Assembly (NCBI GenBank): GCA_050701055.1 | Contig: JBOHEO010000003.1 | Location: forward strand, 806-64,805 | Direction of reading: 5' to 3' | DNA length: 64,000 nucleotides | Origin: Pseudonocardia sp. | GTDB taxonomy: Bacteria > Actinomycetota > Actinomycetes > Mycobacteriales > Pseudonocardiaceae | In this document: positions 8,589 through 18,282 of the stretch, one piece after another | Position numbering within the stretch: position 1 is the stretch's first letter | Layout: each line of letters starts with the position of its first letter | Translations under genes and position numbers: made by a program | Notes under the pieces: model-generated | Told to the model about the DNA's origin: nothing | Seen by the model: only the letters and a program-made list of their open reading frames with translations | Database searches by the model: none

Positions 8589-9434
8589 TCAGAGCCGGCC
8601 GGTGACCAGACCCGCGACGCGTTCGAGGCCACGCATGCTCGCGGCAGAGGCGTCCGGGTGCTGGGCGTGCAACGCCAGCCGGTGCAGCACCGCGCGGAGC
8701 AGCATCTGCGGCCACTCGGACAGGTGTGCCCACCGCTCCAGCAGGCCGTCGTCGGCTCCGCCCCACGCCAACGCGTCGACGACGGCGACGGCAGCCGCCC
8801 ACTCCGCGGGCCGCCATGCCGGACTCAGGTCGATCAGCGCCGGCACCCCCTCGGCGTCGAAGAGCACCGCACCGAAGAGCTCGGCATGCACCACCTGCGG
8901 GGCCAGCCGGACCGGGCGGCGGTACGGCGCCAGCTCGGTATAGAGGTTGCCGCCGGTAGCGGGATCGAGAACGAGACGACGCTCTCCCCAGGCGGCCGCG
9001 GCGGCGCGGAAGGGCAGATCGTCGTGGTCGTCGAGGAGGCGCGGCCGCGACACGGACGCCGTGGCCGCGTGCAGGCGCACCGCCACCTCGATCACCGCGT
9101 CGTAGCGGGGCTCCAGGGTCCCCGCCACGTTCCAGCACGCCGCCCAGCCGGCCACCACCCAGCGCCCGTCCGATGATCGCACCGGATGCGCAAGCCGGAG
9201 GCCCTCGATCCGCAGCCCGTCCAGCACTCCCGCCGACCAGGCCGCAACCGCATTATCGGCGACGGGGCGCACCAGGACGTCCGGATGGTTGGAACTGGCC
9301 GGACAATGCCAGGCTCGGCGACCGGCCCACATGACCGGCCGCGGCTCGACGTCGCTCACGCCGAACGCGCTGCGGACATGCGTCGGAAGCGCGATGCCGG
9401 TGGTAGCGGTGGGGAGGGCAGGTGAAGCAGTCAC
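8589..9434 (-). CDS. TIGR02569-type protein (Rv3205c-like, phosphotransferase-like fold)
   Basis: HVRSAFG, PVRSSDGRWVVAGW, QVVHAELFGAVLF, EWPQMLLRA. Usual position near moeZ. Confidence 0.8.
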   Translation of the reverse strand: MTASPALPTATTGIALPTHVRSAFGVSDVEPRPVMWAGRRAWHCPASSNHPDVLVRPVADNAVAAWSAGVLDGLRIEGLRLAHPVRSSDGRWVVAGWAACWNVAGTLEPRYDAVIEVAVRLHAATASVSRPRLLDDHDDLPFRAAAAAWGERRLVLDPATGGNLYTELAPYRRPVRLAPQVVHAELFGAVLFDAEGVPALIDLSPAWRPAEWAAAVAVVDALAWGGADDGLLERWAHLSEWPQMLLRAVLHRLALHAQHPDASAASMRGLERVAGLVTGRL

Positions 9435-9554
9435 GCTGCGGCACGCTACCGGCGGTCGGCCCTCGATCAAGCGCGCCACGCGGGACGCACGTCGACCAGC
9501 ACGTCGGCACCGGGTCGATCCCACCCGCAATCCACGTCCCGTCCAGCAGGCTCG

Positions 9555-9592
9555 AGTCTCAGTCGGAGTCCGCAGTCTCAGTCGGAGTCCGC
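9555..9592. repeat. Perfect 19-bp tandem duplication across a stop codon
   Basis: AGTCTCAGTCGGAGTCCGC twice (9555-9573, 9574-9592). Confidence 0.85.
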
Positions 9593-11443
9593 GAAGTCGC
9601 TCGAGCTCTCGTCGCTGTCGCTCGAGCCGCCGCTGCTCCGGCCGAAGCCCGACCCCCAGCTCGAGTCCGAGTCGTCATCCGAGCTCTCGTCACTGTCGCC
9701 CGAGCTATAGCTGTTACCCGAATTCCAGCTCCAACCATTGGAACCGCGGCCCGAGTCCAGATTCGAGATCGAGCCCATGTCCGAGATCGAGCCCATACCC
9801 ATATCCGAGACCCAGGTCGTATCCCGGTCATCATCGTCGGAGTCCGTGGAACCCGATCCGGGACCGTCGGACGAGGACCGCTGCCAATCAGACGAGCCGG
9901 CCGCCATCGACCCCAGCGCCCCAGACCATGGCTCCATCATCGATCGCACGGATCCTTCGGTGCGCCCGCCGGCCGGGGCTGCCGTCCCGGGCCCCGCCCT
10001 CCGGCCACCGGCAGTCGGGGACACGGCCGGCGCGTCCGCGCCGACCTGCAGCGAGTCGACCGCCGATCCACCACCCCGAGTCTGGGCAGCGGACCCGTCC
10101 TCCACACCCTCGGCCCGACCGCGCTCAGCGGATTCAGCGTCGTCGCCACGGCCGTCATCCAGCACAGCGACCGTGCGCGCCACCGGACGCACCTGGTCGC
10201 GCTCGCGTTGCCCCTGGTCTGGCTCGTCGCGGGGGCCGCGCGGGTCAGGCGGAGCGCTGTTGGCGACGTCCTGGCGGGGCTGCCCGTCCTGCCCCTGGCG
10301 ACCACCGATCACCTCGGGTGGCCCGGCCGCCGGATCGTCTGATCGTCGCTCGTCCCGGTCGCCACGAATGACGTCGAGAACCTCATCGGTGATCCGGTCG
10401 GTCTCGTGGCCGTCATCGGGCAGGGAGGTCCGCGCGGCGGCCTGTACGCCGTTCTGGAGGTTCGCCAGTTCCTGACGTCTGGCTTCGCGCTGGCGGATGT
10501 GCACGTCGCGCTGGTCGATGAGCAAGGCGATCTCGCCGGCCTGGGCGGGCGAACGCTGCGCTTCCGGTGGCGCGCCTTGCAGGACCGACTCCACCGCTCT
10601 GAGCTGCTGCTCGGACAGCTCCAACTGCTGACGCGCCTCGCGGACGGAGTCGTACACCCCGAGCTGGGACCGCAGCGCGGCCTGGCGACGCTCGAGCAGC
10701 ACCTTGCGCTCCATCAACGCCGCGACGGGCGCAGCCGGCGCCGCGGCCTGGTTCGGCATCCGGCTCCAGGCCTCCTCCGTCTGCGCCACCGTGTCCAGCT
10801 GCCGGTTGATCGACGTCAGGCTGAGGCGTGCCCGGACGGCCCACGCGGTCTGCGTCTCACCCTTCGGAGCGGCCTGCACGGGCGTTTCCGGCGGCGCGAC
10901 GGGTTCCGCCACCGTGACGGCGTAGGTGCCGGTCAGGACGACAGCGGCGCTGAGCACGGTAAGCGCCCGCCACCGTCTGGCCGGCGCGGTCTCGGGTGCC
11001 CGCGGTGCGACGTCGACGGCCACCGCGGCGGCTCGCGACGAGGCGGCCAGGAGCGGCGGCTCGACCTGGACCGGCGGAATGGTCTGGACCGGTGGCTCGA
11101 CCCGAAGCGGCGGGCCAGCCCGAAGCGGCGGCTCGACCCGAAGCGGCGGCTCAGCCCGAAGCGGCGGCTCGACCCGATGCGGGCCGGAGCCGTCATCGGA
11201 ACCGTCCGATACGGCCCCGGACCCTCCCTGAGGGTCCGGGGTCGGCGCGCGTCCAGGGTGCTCGCGCAGCCATGGGAGGGCGTCGGCGAGCCGCGCGTCC
11301 TGGTCGTCGTGGGCTGAGGCGCGGCGCGCTTGACGGGCGGCGGCCCGGTGCGCGGCGGAGCAGTATCGGCGAACCGGCCGGCCTGGAATGTCCTCGATCA
11401 GCACATTGCAGCCGGGTAGGGCGCAGCTCGTAACGGCTTTCAT
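9578..11443 (-). CDS. Membrane-anchored coiled-coil protein with N-terminal CGNR-like zinc ribbon and D/S/G-rich tail
   Basis: CALPGC...GRPVRRYCSAAHRAAARQARR; PPLRVE repeats; TM segment ALTVLSAAVVLTGTYAVTV; Q/E/R coiled coil; acidic low-complexity C-terminus. Confidence 0.7.
   Translation of the reverse strand: MKAVTSCALPGCNVLIEDIPGRPVRRYCSAAHRAAARQARRASAHDDQDARLADALPWLREHPGRAPTPDPQGGSGAVSDGSDDGSGPHRVEPPLRAEPPLRVEPPLRAGPPLRVEPPVQTIPPVQVEPPLLAASSRAAAVAVDVAPRAPETAPARRWRALTVLSAAVVLTGTYAVTVAEPVAPPETPVQAAPKGETQTAWAVRARLSLTSINRQLDTVAQTEEAWSRMPNQAAAPAAPVAALMERKVLLERRQAALRSQLGVYDSVREARQQLELSEQQLRAVESVLQGAPPEAQRSPAQAGEIALLIDQRDVHIRQREARRQELANLQNGVQAAARTSLPDDGHETDRITDEVLDVIRGDRDERRSDDPAAGPPEVIGGRQGQDGQPRQDVANSAPPDPRGPRDEPDQGQRERDQVRPVARTVAVLDDGRGDDAESAERGRAEGVEDGSAAQTRGGGSAVDSLQVGADAPAVSPTAGGRRAGPGTAAPAGGRTEGSVRSMMEPWSGALGSMAAGSSDWQRSSSDGPGSGSTDSDDDDRDTTWVSDMGMGSISDMGSISNLDSGRGSNGWSWNSGNSYSSGDSDESSDDDSDSSWGSGFGRSSGGSSDSDESSSDFADSD
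11090..11178. repeat. 18-bp coding tandem repeat, about 5 units (PPLRVE/PPLRAE)
   Basis: Units like GGCGGCTCGACCCGAAGC recur in frame. Confidence 0.8.
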
Positions 11444-11918
11444 CAGCACCACCCAATTCGCCGCGAACATGTTGACCAGCGGCGGAGGCCCAGCCGCGAT
11501 CCCGCCGCGACGCTCCTCCGCAAATTGTTTTTAATCTTTCGAGAACGTGACGGTACCCGGAACGCATCAACGCTGTCATTGCCCCATCCGGCGTGGATAC
11601 TTCCCACAGTCGGCCGATCAACGTCACGATCCGTAGTCAATAATGCTTACAAAAGGAGAATCCGAGAATATTCTCGGGTGAACAGCCAGGCGACAGTCAC
11701 CCTGAGTGGCCGGCGGCACGTGAGCGAGGGCCTCGACGGCGAGCTCTGCACGCTCTCTGCGACGTGTCCGCGGATTGGCTGCGACGATCACCGTGGCGTG
11801 GCAGGGGGCGACGTACTGGAGCTTTCTCAGGAGGATCCCCGCCCAGCGATTTCCTGTTCGAGTGCTATGTGACCACCACAAGATCAGTATCCCCTTTATC
11901 GAACGACCCGAGCACGAT

Positions 11919-11985
11919 CGAACGAACGGCACTGTCGTCCAGTAGGTGTGGACGACAGTGCCGTTCGTTCGGTGCCGTTCGTTCG
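11919..11985. repeat. REP-like 23-bp perfect inverted repeat, possible terminator downstream of moeZ
   Basis: CGAACGAACGGCACTGTCGTCCA-GTAGGTG-TGGACGACAGTGCCGTTCGTTCG, followed by a second GTGCCGTTCGTTCG. Confidence 0.8.
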
Positions 11986-12015
11986 TCGGGAGGGGGTCCG
12001 CGCGCGGCGGACCGG

Positions 12016-13188
12016 TCAGTAGGTGGGCAACGACGGGTCTACCTGCTTCGCCCAGGCGAGTACGCCGCCGCCGACGTGCACGGCGTCGCGGAAGCCCGCC
12101 TTGTGCAGCGCGGCGAGCGCGTCCGCCGAACGGGGCCCGGACTTGCAGTGGAGCACGATCGGCTTGTCCTGCGGGAGCTCCGCGAGCGCCTCGCCAGACA
12201 GGATCCGATCCTTCGGGATCAGCGTGGCGCCGGGGATCGAGACGATCTCGTACTCGTGCGGCTCCCGGACGTCGATCAGGGCGAAGTCCTTGCCCGCATC
12301 CATCATCTCCTTGAGCTCGGACGCCGTGATCGTGTGCCCGGCCGCGGCGCTCTGCGCCTCGTCGGAGACGACCCCGCAGAACACGTCGTAGTCGATCAGC
12401 TCGGTGATCGGCTTGGACGTCGGGTCCTTGCGGATCCGGATGGTGCGGTAGGTCATCTCGAGGGCGTCGTAGACCATCAGCCTGCCCAGCAGCGGCTGGC
12501 CGATGCCGGTGATCAGCTTGATCGCCTCGTTCACCATGATCGAGCCGATGGACGCGCACAGCACGCCCAGCACACCGCCCTCGGCGCACGAGGGCACCAT
12601 CCCGGGCGGCGGCGGCTCTGGGTAGAGGTCGCGGTAGTTGAGGCCCTGCCCGTTCGGCGCATCCTCCCAGAACACCGACGCCTGGCCCTCGAACCGGAAG
12701 ATCGAACCCCACACGTAGGGCTTGCCGAGCAGCACCGCGGCGTCGTTGACCAGGTAGCGGGTGGCGAAGTTGTCGGTGCCGTCGAGGATCAGGTCGTAGT
12801 CGCGGAAGATGTCCAGGACGTTCGAGCTCTCCAGCCGCACCGGGTGCAGCCGGACCTCGACGAACGGGTTGATCTCACGGATCGAGTCGCGGGCGGACTC
12901 GCCCTTGGGTCGGCCGATGTCGGACTGGCCGTGGATGACCTGGCGGTGCAGGTTGGACTCGTCGACCTCGTCGAACTCGGCGATGCCCAGCGTGCCGACG
13001 CCGGCCGCGGCCAGGTACAGCAGGGCCGGGCTGCCGAGCCCACCCGCGCCGACGACGAGCACCTTCGCGTTCTTCAGCCGCTTCTGACCGGCCATCCCGA
13101 TGTCGGGGATGATCAGGTGGCGGCTGTAGCGCGCCACCTCCTCCCTGGTCAGCTCGGCGGCCGGCTCCACGAGCGGCGGTAGCGCCAT
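12016..13188 (-). CDS. moeZ: Adenylyltransferase/sulfurtransferase MoeZ (ThiF plus rhodanese)
   Basis: ARYSRHLIIP, GAGGLGSP, DGTDNFATRY, PSCAEGGVLG, rhodanese HCKSGPRS. Confidence 0.96.
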   Translation of the reverse strand: MALPPLVEPAAELTREEVARYSRHLIIPDIGMAGQKRLKNAKVLVVGAGGLGSPALLYLAAAGVGTLGIAEFDEVDESNLHRQVIHGQSDIGRPKGESARDSIREINPFVEVRLHPVRLESSNVLDIFRDYDLILDGTDNFATRYLVNDAAVLLGKPYVWGSIFRFEGQASVFWEDAPNGQGLNYRDLYPEPPPPGMVPSCAEGGVLGVLCASIGSIMVNEAIKLITGIGQPLLGRLMVYDALEMTYRTIRIRKDPTSKPITELIDYDVFCGVVSDEAQSAAAGHTITASELKEMMDAGKDFALIDVREPHEYEIVSIPGATLIPKDRILSGEALAELPQDKPIVLHCKSGPRSADALAALHKAGFRDAVHVGGGVLAWAKQVDPSLPTY

Positions 13189-13737
13189 GTCCGGTACTCC
13201 TCAGATCGACTGGCCGTCCATCGGCCTTGCTCCGGCTTCAACACCAGGACCAGCCTGCATCTTCCCATCGGTCCGCGGCGACGGCGTCCCACATCCCAGC
13301 GACGGCGCACGGCTACCGACCACAGTGACTCCCCGCACCAACCAGGACTCCCCGCATCACCAGCCGGCAATCCTGGCCTTCTCGTGCATTCCCGGCCATC
13401 GCCCACCCAAACCAGCTCGTCACGATCTCGGCCGTTGCCTCCGCCAACCTGCGCTCCGGTGCCGGCGTCGGATTCCCGAAGCACAGGCGTACCACCTGCT
13501 CGGCGCGTGCCGTTCGCGTGCTCACCGAGCAGCCCCGCCAGGTCGGTCCAGTTGGTGGCCGAACCGGGGAGGCCGGGTACGTAGACGGCGTCGCCGCCGC
13601 GGGATGGGCGGGAGTCAGCACGGTCTCACGTACGTGCAGCGGCACCCCACCGGAGCTGCGATGGTGTCGTTGCCCGGGACATCGCTACCCACCGGTAAGG
13701 TGGATGATCGAGCCGGAACGAAGGGAAGACGCTGGTC

Positions 13738-14355
13738 ATGAGCGAGGCACCGACGCATCGGGGCATCCGGTTGTCCCGCAGTGCCCGCCGCGCCCAACTG
13801 CTCGTCGCCGCCCGTGATGTTTTCGCCGCGCAGGGCTACCACGCCGCCGCGATGGACGACATCGCCGAGAAGGCCGGGGTGAGCAAACCGGTTCTCTACC
13901 AGCACTTCCCCGGCAAGCTCGACCTCTACCAGGCCCTGCTCACCACCTACGCCGACGAGCTCGTCCAACGGGTGCAGGTGGCGATCGAACGCACCCAGGA
14001 CAACCACGAGCGGGTGCACGCGGCGGTCTCGGCGTACTTCGACTTCGTCGCCGGTGACGGTCAGGCCTATCGGCTGGTGTTCGAGTCCGATCTGCGCGGC
14101 GAGCCGGAGGCGTCCGCGGTGGTCGACGGCGCCCTCACCCGCTGCATCGACACCGTAGCCGACGCCGTCACCACCGACGCCGGCCTCGACGCCCCACGGG
14201 CCCGGCTGCTGGCCGTCGGGCTGGTGGGTCTGAGCCAGGTGACGGCCCAGTACTGGCTCGACTCCGACCAGAGGGTCCCCCGCGACGAGGCGGTGTCGCT
14301 GATGTCCAGCCTCGCCTGGCGCGGCCTGGCCGGCTTCCCCCTGGTCCACGACTGA
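13738..14355 (+). CDS. TetR-family regulator (Rv3208-like)
   Basis: AAAMDDIAEKAGVSKPVLYQHFPGKLDLY; ends WRGLAGFP. Confidence 0.93.
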   Translation: MSEAPTHRGIRLSRSARRAQLLVAARDVFAAQGYHAAAMDDIAEKAGVSKPVLYQHFPGKLDLYQALLTTYADELVQRVQVAIERTQDNHERVHAAVSAYFDFVAGDGQAYRLVFESDLRGEPEASAVVDGALTRCIDTVADAVTTDAGLDAPRARLLAVGLVGLSQVTAQYWLDSDQRVPRDEAVSLMSSLAWRGLAGFPLVHD

Positions 14356-14431
14356 CCGACGACCCCCCAAGGCACCGCCCGTGACCCGCCGCGCCCGACC
14401 GGTCCCGTCACCGATCAGGGCTGATGGTCGT

Positions 14432-15436
14432 TCAGGGAGATCCATCAGCGACATCGTACCCGTGATCAGCGGAGGACCGTTCCGCGGCGATCGTATTCCG
14501 AACGAGGTCGCCGATGCGGTTCTCGACGCCCGCCACCCGCTCCACCGGCAGCATGTGGCCGGCCTTCGGGAAGATCGTCAGCTTGGCGGACGGCAGCACC
14601 GCGGCGATGCGGCGGGCCGATGACACCGGGGTGAGCCGATCGCGGGAGCCGACGAGTACCACCACGGGGATCGACGCGAATGCGGCCAGGGCGGCGTCCC
14701 GCTCGTGGGCGTCCAGGGCCGGTCGGAACCCGGCCACGGTGACCGGCCGGCAGCTCGCGATCGACTGCGTGGTGATCTGCACGGCAGCCCGGTCGACATC
14801 CTGACCGAGCAGCAGCCAGCGGAGCACCGGGGCGAGCATCCGCGGGTTGCCCACGGTCGACCGCCGCACCCACCGGCGTAAGGAGTACAACCGCCGCTCA
14901 GCGGCCCGGAAGAGCTGCGCCTGCCGAGGCGAGAGCCCGAGGGTGGCTCCGGCGAGCCCACCGCTGGCCGTCGAGACGAGCGCGACGCCGGCGACCCGCT
15001 CGAGCAGGCGCGGATGCCGCTCGGCCAGCGCCATGATCGTCATACCGCCCATCGAATGACCGCCGAGCACCAGCGACCCGGTGGGGGCGGTTGCGGCGAT
15101 GACGTGCGCGAGGTCATCGGCGAGCTGCTCGAGCGTCATCGACTCCGGCTCCGCCGCATCGGACCGGCCGTGTCCGCGGTGGTCGTAGCACACGACCCGG
15201 GCGGGCGTGCCGAGCTCCCGCCCAGCCTGACCCCCACCCCCCGGCGCCCAGCCACCCGGCGCCCGACCGTCCGGCTCGAGGAGCGCCGCACCGACCGGGG
15301 CCCAGCTGCGGGAGTCCAACGTCCAGCCGTGCGTCAGGACGACGGTCGGACCGGCATGACCCGATCGAGCCCGGGACTCGGTGATCTCGACGTGCAGCCG
15401 GACCCCGTCCGCGGTCTCGATCGTCGTGGTGCTCAT
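14432..15436 (-). CDS. Alpha/beta fold hydrolase
   Basis: HGW, YDHRGHGRS, nucleophile GHSMGG, GHMLPVE. ATG overlaps the upstream TGA. Confidence 0.9.
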   Translation of the reverse strand: MSTTTIETADGVRLHVEITESRARSGHAGPTVVLTHGWTLDSRSWAPVGAALLEPDGRAPGGWAPGGGGQAGRELGTPARVVCYDHRGHGRSDAAEPESMTLEQLADDLAHVIAATAPTGSLVLGGHSMGGMTIMALAERHPRLLERVAGVALVSTASGGLAGATLGLSPRQAQLFRAAERRLYSLRRWVRRSTVGNPRMLAPVLRWLLLGQDVDRAAVQITTQSIASCRPVTVAGFRPALDAHERDAALAAFASIPVVVLVGSRDRLTPVSSARRIAAVLPSAKLTIFPKAGHMLPVERVAGVENRIGDLVRNTIAAERSSADHGYDVADGSP

Positions 15437-16329
15437 CAGATCAGCTGCGCCTGCCGCCAGAGGGTCTCGCTCGGCCCACCGATCACCCCCTGCTCGCGCA
15501 GGAACGGCACCACCCTGCGCGCCGACCAGCGGATCGTCTCCTGGTGGTGCGCGTTGGCGCGGGCGGCCCGGTGGGCGAGCTTCGGGTCCAGCCCAACGCT
15601 GCGATAGACGTCGGGGTGGATCAGGTTGGTCGCGATCCGGTGCGCGGCCGCCGCCGCGAGCCAGCGGGCCGCCGTCCGCTGCGCGGCGTTGGCCGTCGGC
15701 ATGATCCGGGTCAGCTCCTCGCGGGCGTACCGGACGTGTCGGGCCTCCTCCGTCACATGGATCTTGCTGACCATCCGGGTGAGCGGCTGCACGGTCTCGT
15801 CGCGCATGCACTCGCGCTGGAGCTGGTCGGTGATCTCCTCCGCGACCAGCGTGCCGGCGAACATCGCCGGCCCCGTAGCGATCGCCTTGAACACCCGGCC
15901 GAGCTCGTGCACCTGCCGGCGCGGCGCGTAGTCCGGCACCCCGTAGCGCTCGGTCATCCTGGCGAACATGACCGAGTGTCGGCACTCGTCGGCGATCTCG
16001 GTCAGGGCGTACTGGATATGCCGGCGGCGGGGGTCGCGGTCGTAGGCGTAGCGCAGCAGCATCTGCATGAGGATGATCTCGAACCACAGGCCGATCCGGG
16101 CGATGCTGCACACCTCGTGGACGGACAGGGTGACCCGCTGCTCCTCGGTGAGCTGGTCCCAGAGCTCGGTGCCGTACAGCGAGACGCGGTGGGCCGGCAT
16201 GCCGTAGAGACCGTCGGCCAGCCGGGCGTCCCAGTCGATGTCGATGCCGGGTTCGTAGGAGTGCTCCAGCGACACCTGAAGCAGCCACTGCGCCGTGGCC
16301 TCCCGGTCGTTGCCGGCCTTGACGTTCAT
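15436..16329 (-). CDS. AurF-family diiron oxygenase
   Basis: GLWFEIILMQML, EIADECRHSVMF, VAEEITD and HVTEEARHV diiron ExxH motifs. Confidence 0.9.
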   Translation of the reverse strand: MNVKAGNDREATAQWLLQVSLEHSYEPGIDIDWDARLADGLYGMPAHRVSLYGTELWDQLTEEQRVTLSVHEVCSIARIGLWFEIILMQMLLRYAYDRDPRRRHIQYALTEIADECRHSVMFARMTERYGVPDYAPRRQVHELGRVFKAIATGPAMFAGTLVAEEITDQLQRECMRDETVQPLTRMVSKIHVTEEARHVRYAREELTRIMPTANAAQRTAARWLAAAAAHRIATNLIHPDVYRSVGLDPKLAHRAARANAHHQETIRWSARRVVPFLREQGVIGGPSETLWRQAQLI

Positions 16330-17186
16330 CGGGAATTCCCCTCGGTGGTGGCGGCGGGGTGGGCGGTGCCGGTGAGCCGCCGTCGTAGCCCGGCGGCCAG
16401 CGGCGAGCCGTCGAAGTGACCCTGGGCGACGCAGCTGCGCAGCCGGCGGGCGACGACCGCGCCGACCAGGCCCGGGACGTGCCGGCCGAGCCAGAGCTCG
16501 ACCTGGCCGGCCCGGGTGCCGGCGGTGTCGCGCGGCGGGCGTGCGGCGGTCAGGGCCCGCACGACCGTGCCGACGATGTCCTCGACCTCCTCGCGACGCA
16601 CCTGCCCCTCCAGCGAGAGGCCGACCGCACGCCCCGCGTCGTGGATGGGCGTGCGGACGTAACCGGGGTAGACCGTCGTGACGTGCAGCTCGGTGCCGTA
16701 TTCGACGCGCAGCGCGTCGGCGTAGGCGCTCATCCCGCGCTTGGCGACGCTGTAGGCGGACACGAACGGTGCCAGGAGGTAGGCCAGCTCGCTGGCGACG
16801 AACACGATCCGGCCCTTCGGCCCGTTCCGATCCTCCAGGAGCGCGGGCAGCGCCGCCGCGGTGACCCGCCAGGCGCCGAGCAGGTTGACATCGATGACGC
16901 GGTAGGCGTCGGGGTGCAGGGGGCCGCCCGCGTCGTTGGGGATGCCGATGCCGGCGTAGTGCACCACCGCGTCCAGGCCACCGAGCCGCCGGAGGACAGC
17001 ATCCACAGAGTCGTGCACGGCGTCGTCGTCGGTGATGTCGCAGGCGAGCACGTGCTCACTCGCCGAACGGTCGAGCCCGACGACCTGGGCGCCCTGGGCG
17101 CGTAACCGTTGCGCGGTGGGTGCACCGAAGCCACCGGCCGCACCGGTGATCAGTATCCGGCGTCCGGCGATACCCGTCACTGCCAT
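16326..17186 (-). CDS. Short-chain dehydrogenase/reductase
   Basis: ITGAAGGFG, VNLLG, YSVAK (YxxxK), PGYVRTP. Confidence 0.92.
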   Translation of the reverse strand: MAVTGIAGRRILITGAAGGFGAPTAQRLRAQGAQVVGLDRSASEHVLACDITDDDAVHDSVDAVLRRLGGLDAVVHYAGIGIPNDAGGPLHPDAYRVIDVNLLGAWRVTAAALPALLEDRNGPKGRIVFVASELAYLLAPFVSAYSVAKRGMSAYADALRVEYGTELHVTTVYPGYVRTPIHDAGRAVGLSLEGQVRREEVEDIVGTVVRALTAARPPRDTAGTRAGQVELWLGRHVPGLVGAVVARRLRSCVAQGHFDGSPLAAGLRRRLTGTAHPAATTEGNSR

Positions 17187-17212
17187 CGTCGCGGCCCCTT
17201 CGCCAGCTTGCT

Positions 17213-17243
17213 GTTACCAGCAGTAACTGTTACCACTGGTAAC
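17213..17243. promoter_or_regulatory. Tandem TetR operator palindromes
   Basis: GTTACCAGCAGTAAC (17213-17227) and GTTACCACTGGTAAC (17229-17243) fill the divergent SDR/TetR gap. Confidence 0.75.
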
Positions 17244-17933
17244 GTGCCGCAGAACCCGACTCCTGTCAAGACCGCGCGACGTACCGAGCGGCGAGCCGAA
17301 CGTCGCGCCGAAATGGTGCAGGCAGCCATGGACGCGGTGCGCCGCCACGGTGCCGGCGTGTCGGTCGCCGACATCGCCGGGGCGGCCGGGATCACCAAGC
17401 CGGTGCTCTACCGGCACTTCACCGACCGCGCCGACCTGCACCGAGCGGTCGGTGAGCAGGCCGCCACCCTTCTGCTGGCCCGGATCGCGCCCGAGCTCGA
17501 CCGCGACCACGAACCCGTCGAACACATCCGGGCCATCATCGAGGCGTTCCTCGCCGGCATCGAGGACGAGCCGGAACTGTGGCGCTTCGTGGTGCACCAC
17601 CCGGCCGAACGCACGTCCGGTGCCGAGATAGTCGACGACGTCCGCCAGCAGATCGCCCGCCCGCTCGCCACCCTGCTCGGCGAGCGGCTGCGCTCCCGCG
17701 GGTTGGACTCCGGCGGCGCCGAAGCCTGGGCCCAGGGCCTGGTCGGGATGGCGCAGAGTGCCGGGGACTGGTGGCTGGAGCGGCGCACGATGAGCCGCAC
17801 AGCCCTCACCGACTACCTGACGACGTTCATCTGGGGCGGGCTGTCGGGTGTGCTGGCCGGCGCCAAGATCCCGGTGCCCGCCGCGTTGCGGCTGGTCCCC
17901 GACCCCGATCCGAAGGGGAACCGACATGCCTGA
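17244..17933 (+). CDS. TetR-family regulator
   Basis: VSVADIAGAAGITKPVLYRHFTDRADL. Start is GTG 17244 or ATG 17313. Confidence 0.92.
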   Translation: MPQNPTPVKTARRTERRAERRAEMVQAAMDAVRRHGAGVSVADIAGAAGITKPVLYRHFTDRADLHRAVGEQAATLLLARIAPELDRDHEPVEHIRAIIEAFLAGIEDEPELWRFVVHHPAERTSGAEIVDDVRQQIARPLATLLGERLRSRGLDSGGAEAWAQGLVGMAQSAGDWWLERRTMSRTALTDYLTTFIWGGLSGVLAGAKIPVPAALRLVPDPDPKGNRHA

Positions 17934-18234
17934 CGAGGACGGCTACACCGGCCCGGCCACGCTCGCCGTGGACGGCCACGACCTGCCGGTACGGGTACAG
18001 CTCGACGCCCGCCACGAGCCGCACGACGGCAAGCTGCACTGGTTCGGCCGGCTGCGCTTCGACCCGGGCATCGCGGTGCCGCCGACGTTGACCACCGGCA
18101 CCGGGCGGATCGAGCTGCACACCGCAGGCGGTCGGGCGCGGGTGTGCATCGGCGACCTGGATCTGTGGGGCCGCTACCGGGTCACCGGGATCGGCACACC
18201 CCCGTTCGCCCGGGACGATCCGCCGCTCGACTGA
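17926..18234 (+). CDS. DUF4873-type protein
   Basis: YTGPATL, HEPHDGKLHWFGR, DLWGRYRVTGIGTPPF. Confidence 0.85.
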   Translation: MPDEDGYTGPATLAVDGHDLPVRVQLDARHEPHDGKLHWFGRLRFDPGIAVPPTLTTGTGRIELHTAGGRARVCIGDLDLWGRYRVTGIGTPPFARDDPPLD

Positions 18235-18240
18235 TCGAGC

Positions 18241-18267
18241 TCTGACTACGTCAGACCAGACCTGGTC
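18241..18267. promoter_or_regulatory. Antitoxin operator palindromes
   Basis: TCTGAC-TAC-GTCAGA and GACCAG-AC-CTGGTC immediately upstream of the antitoxin gene. Confidence 0.55.
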
Positions 18268-18282
18268 CGATATCGTGGCGCG

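Noticed and set aside
13200..13730. Possible small gene or ncRNA between moeZ and TetR (110-aa ORF 13313-13645; GACTCCCCGCA twice)
   Set aside because: No recognisable motif, SD or codon bias, so support is insufficient.
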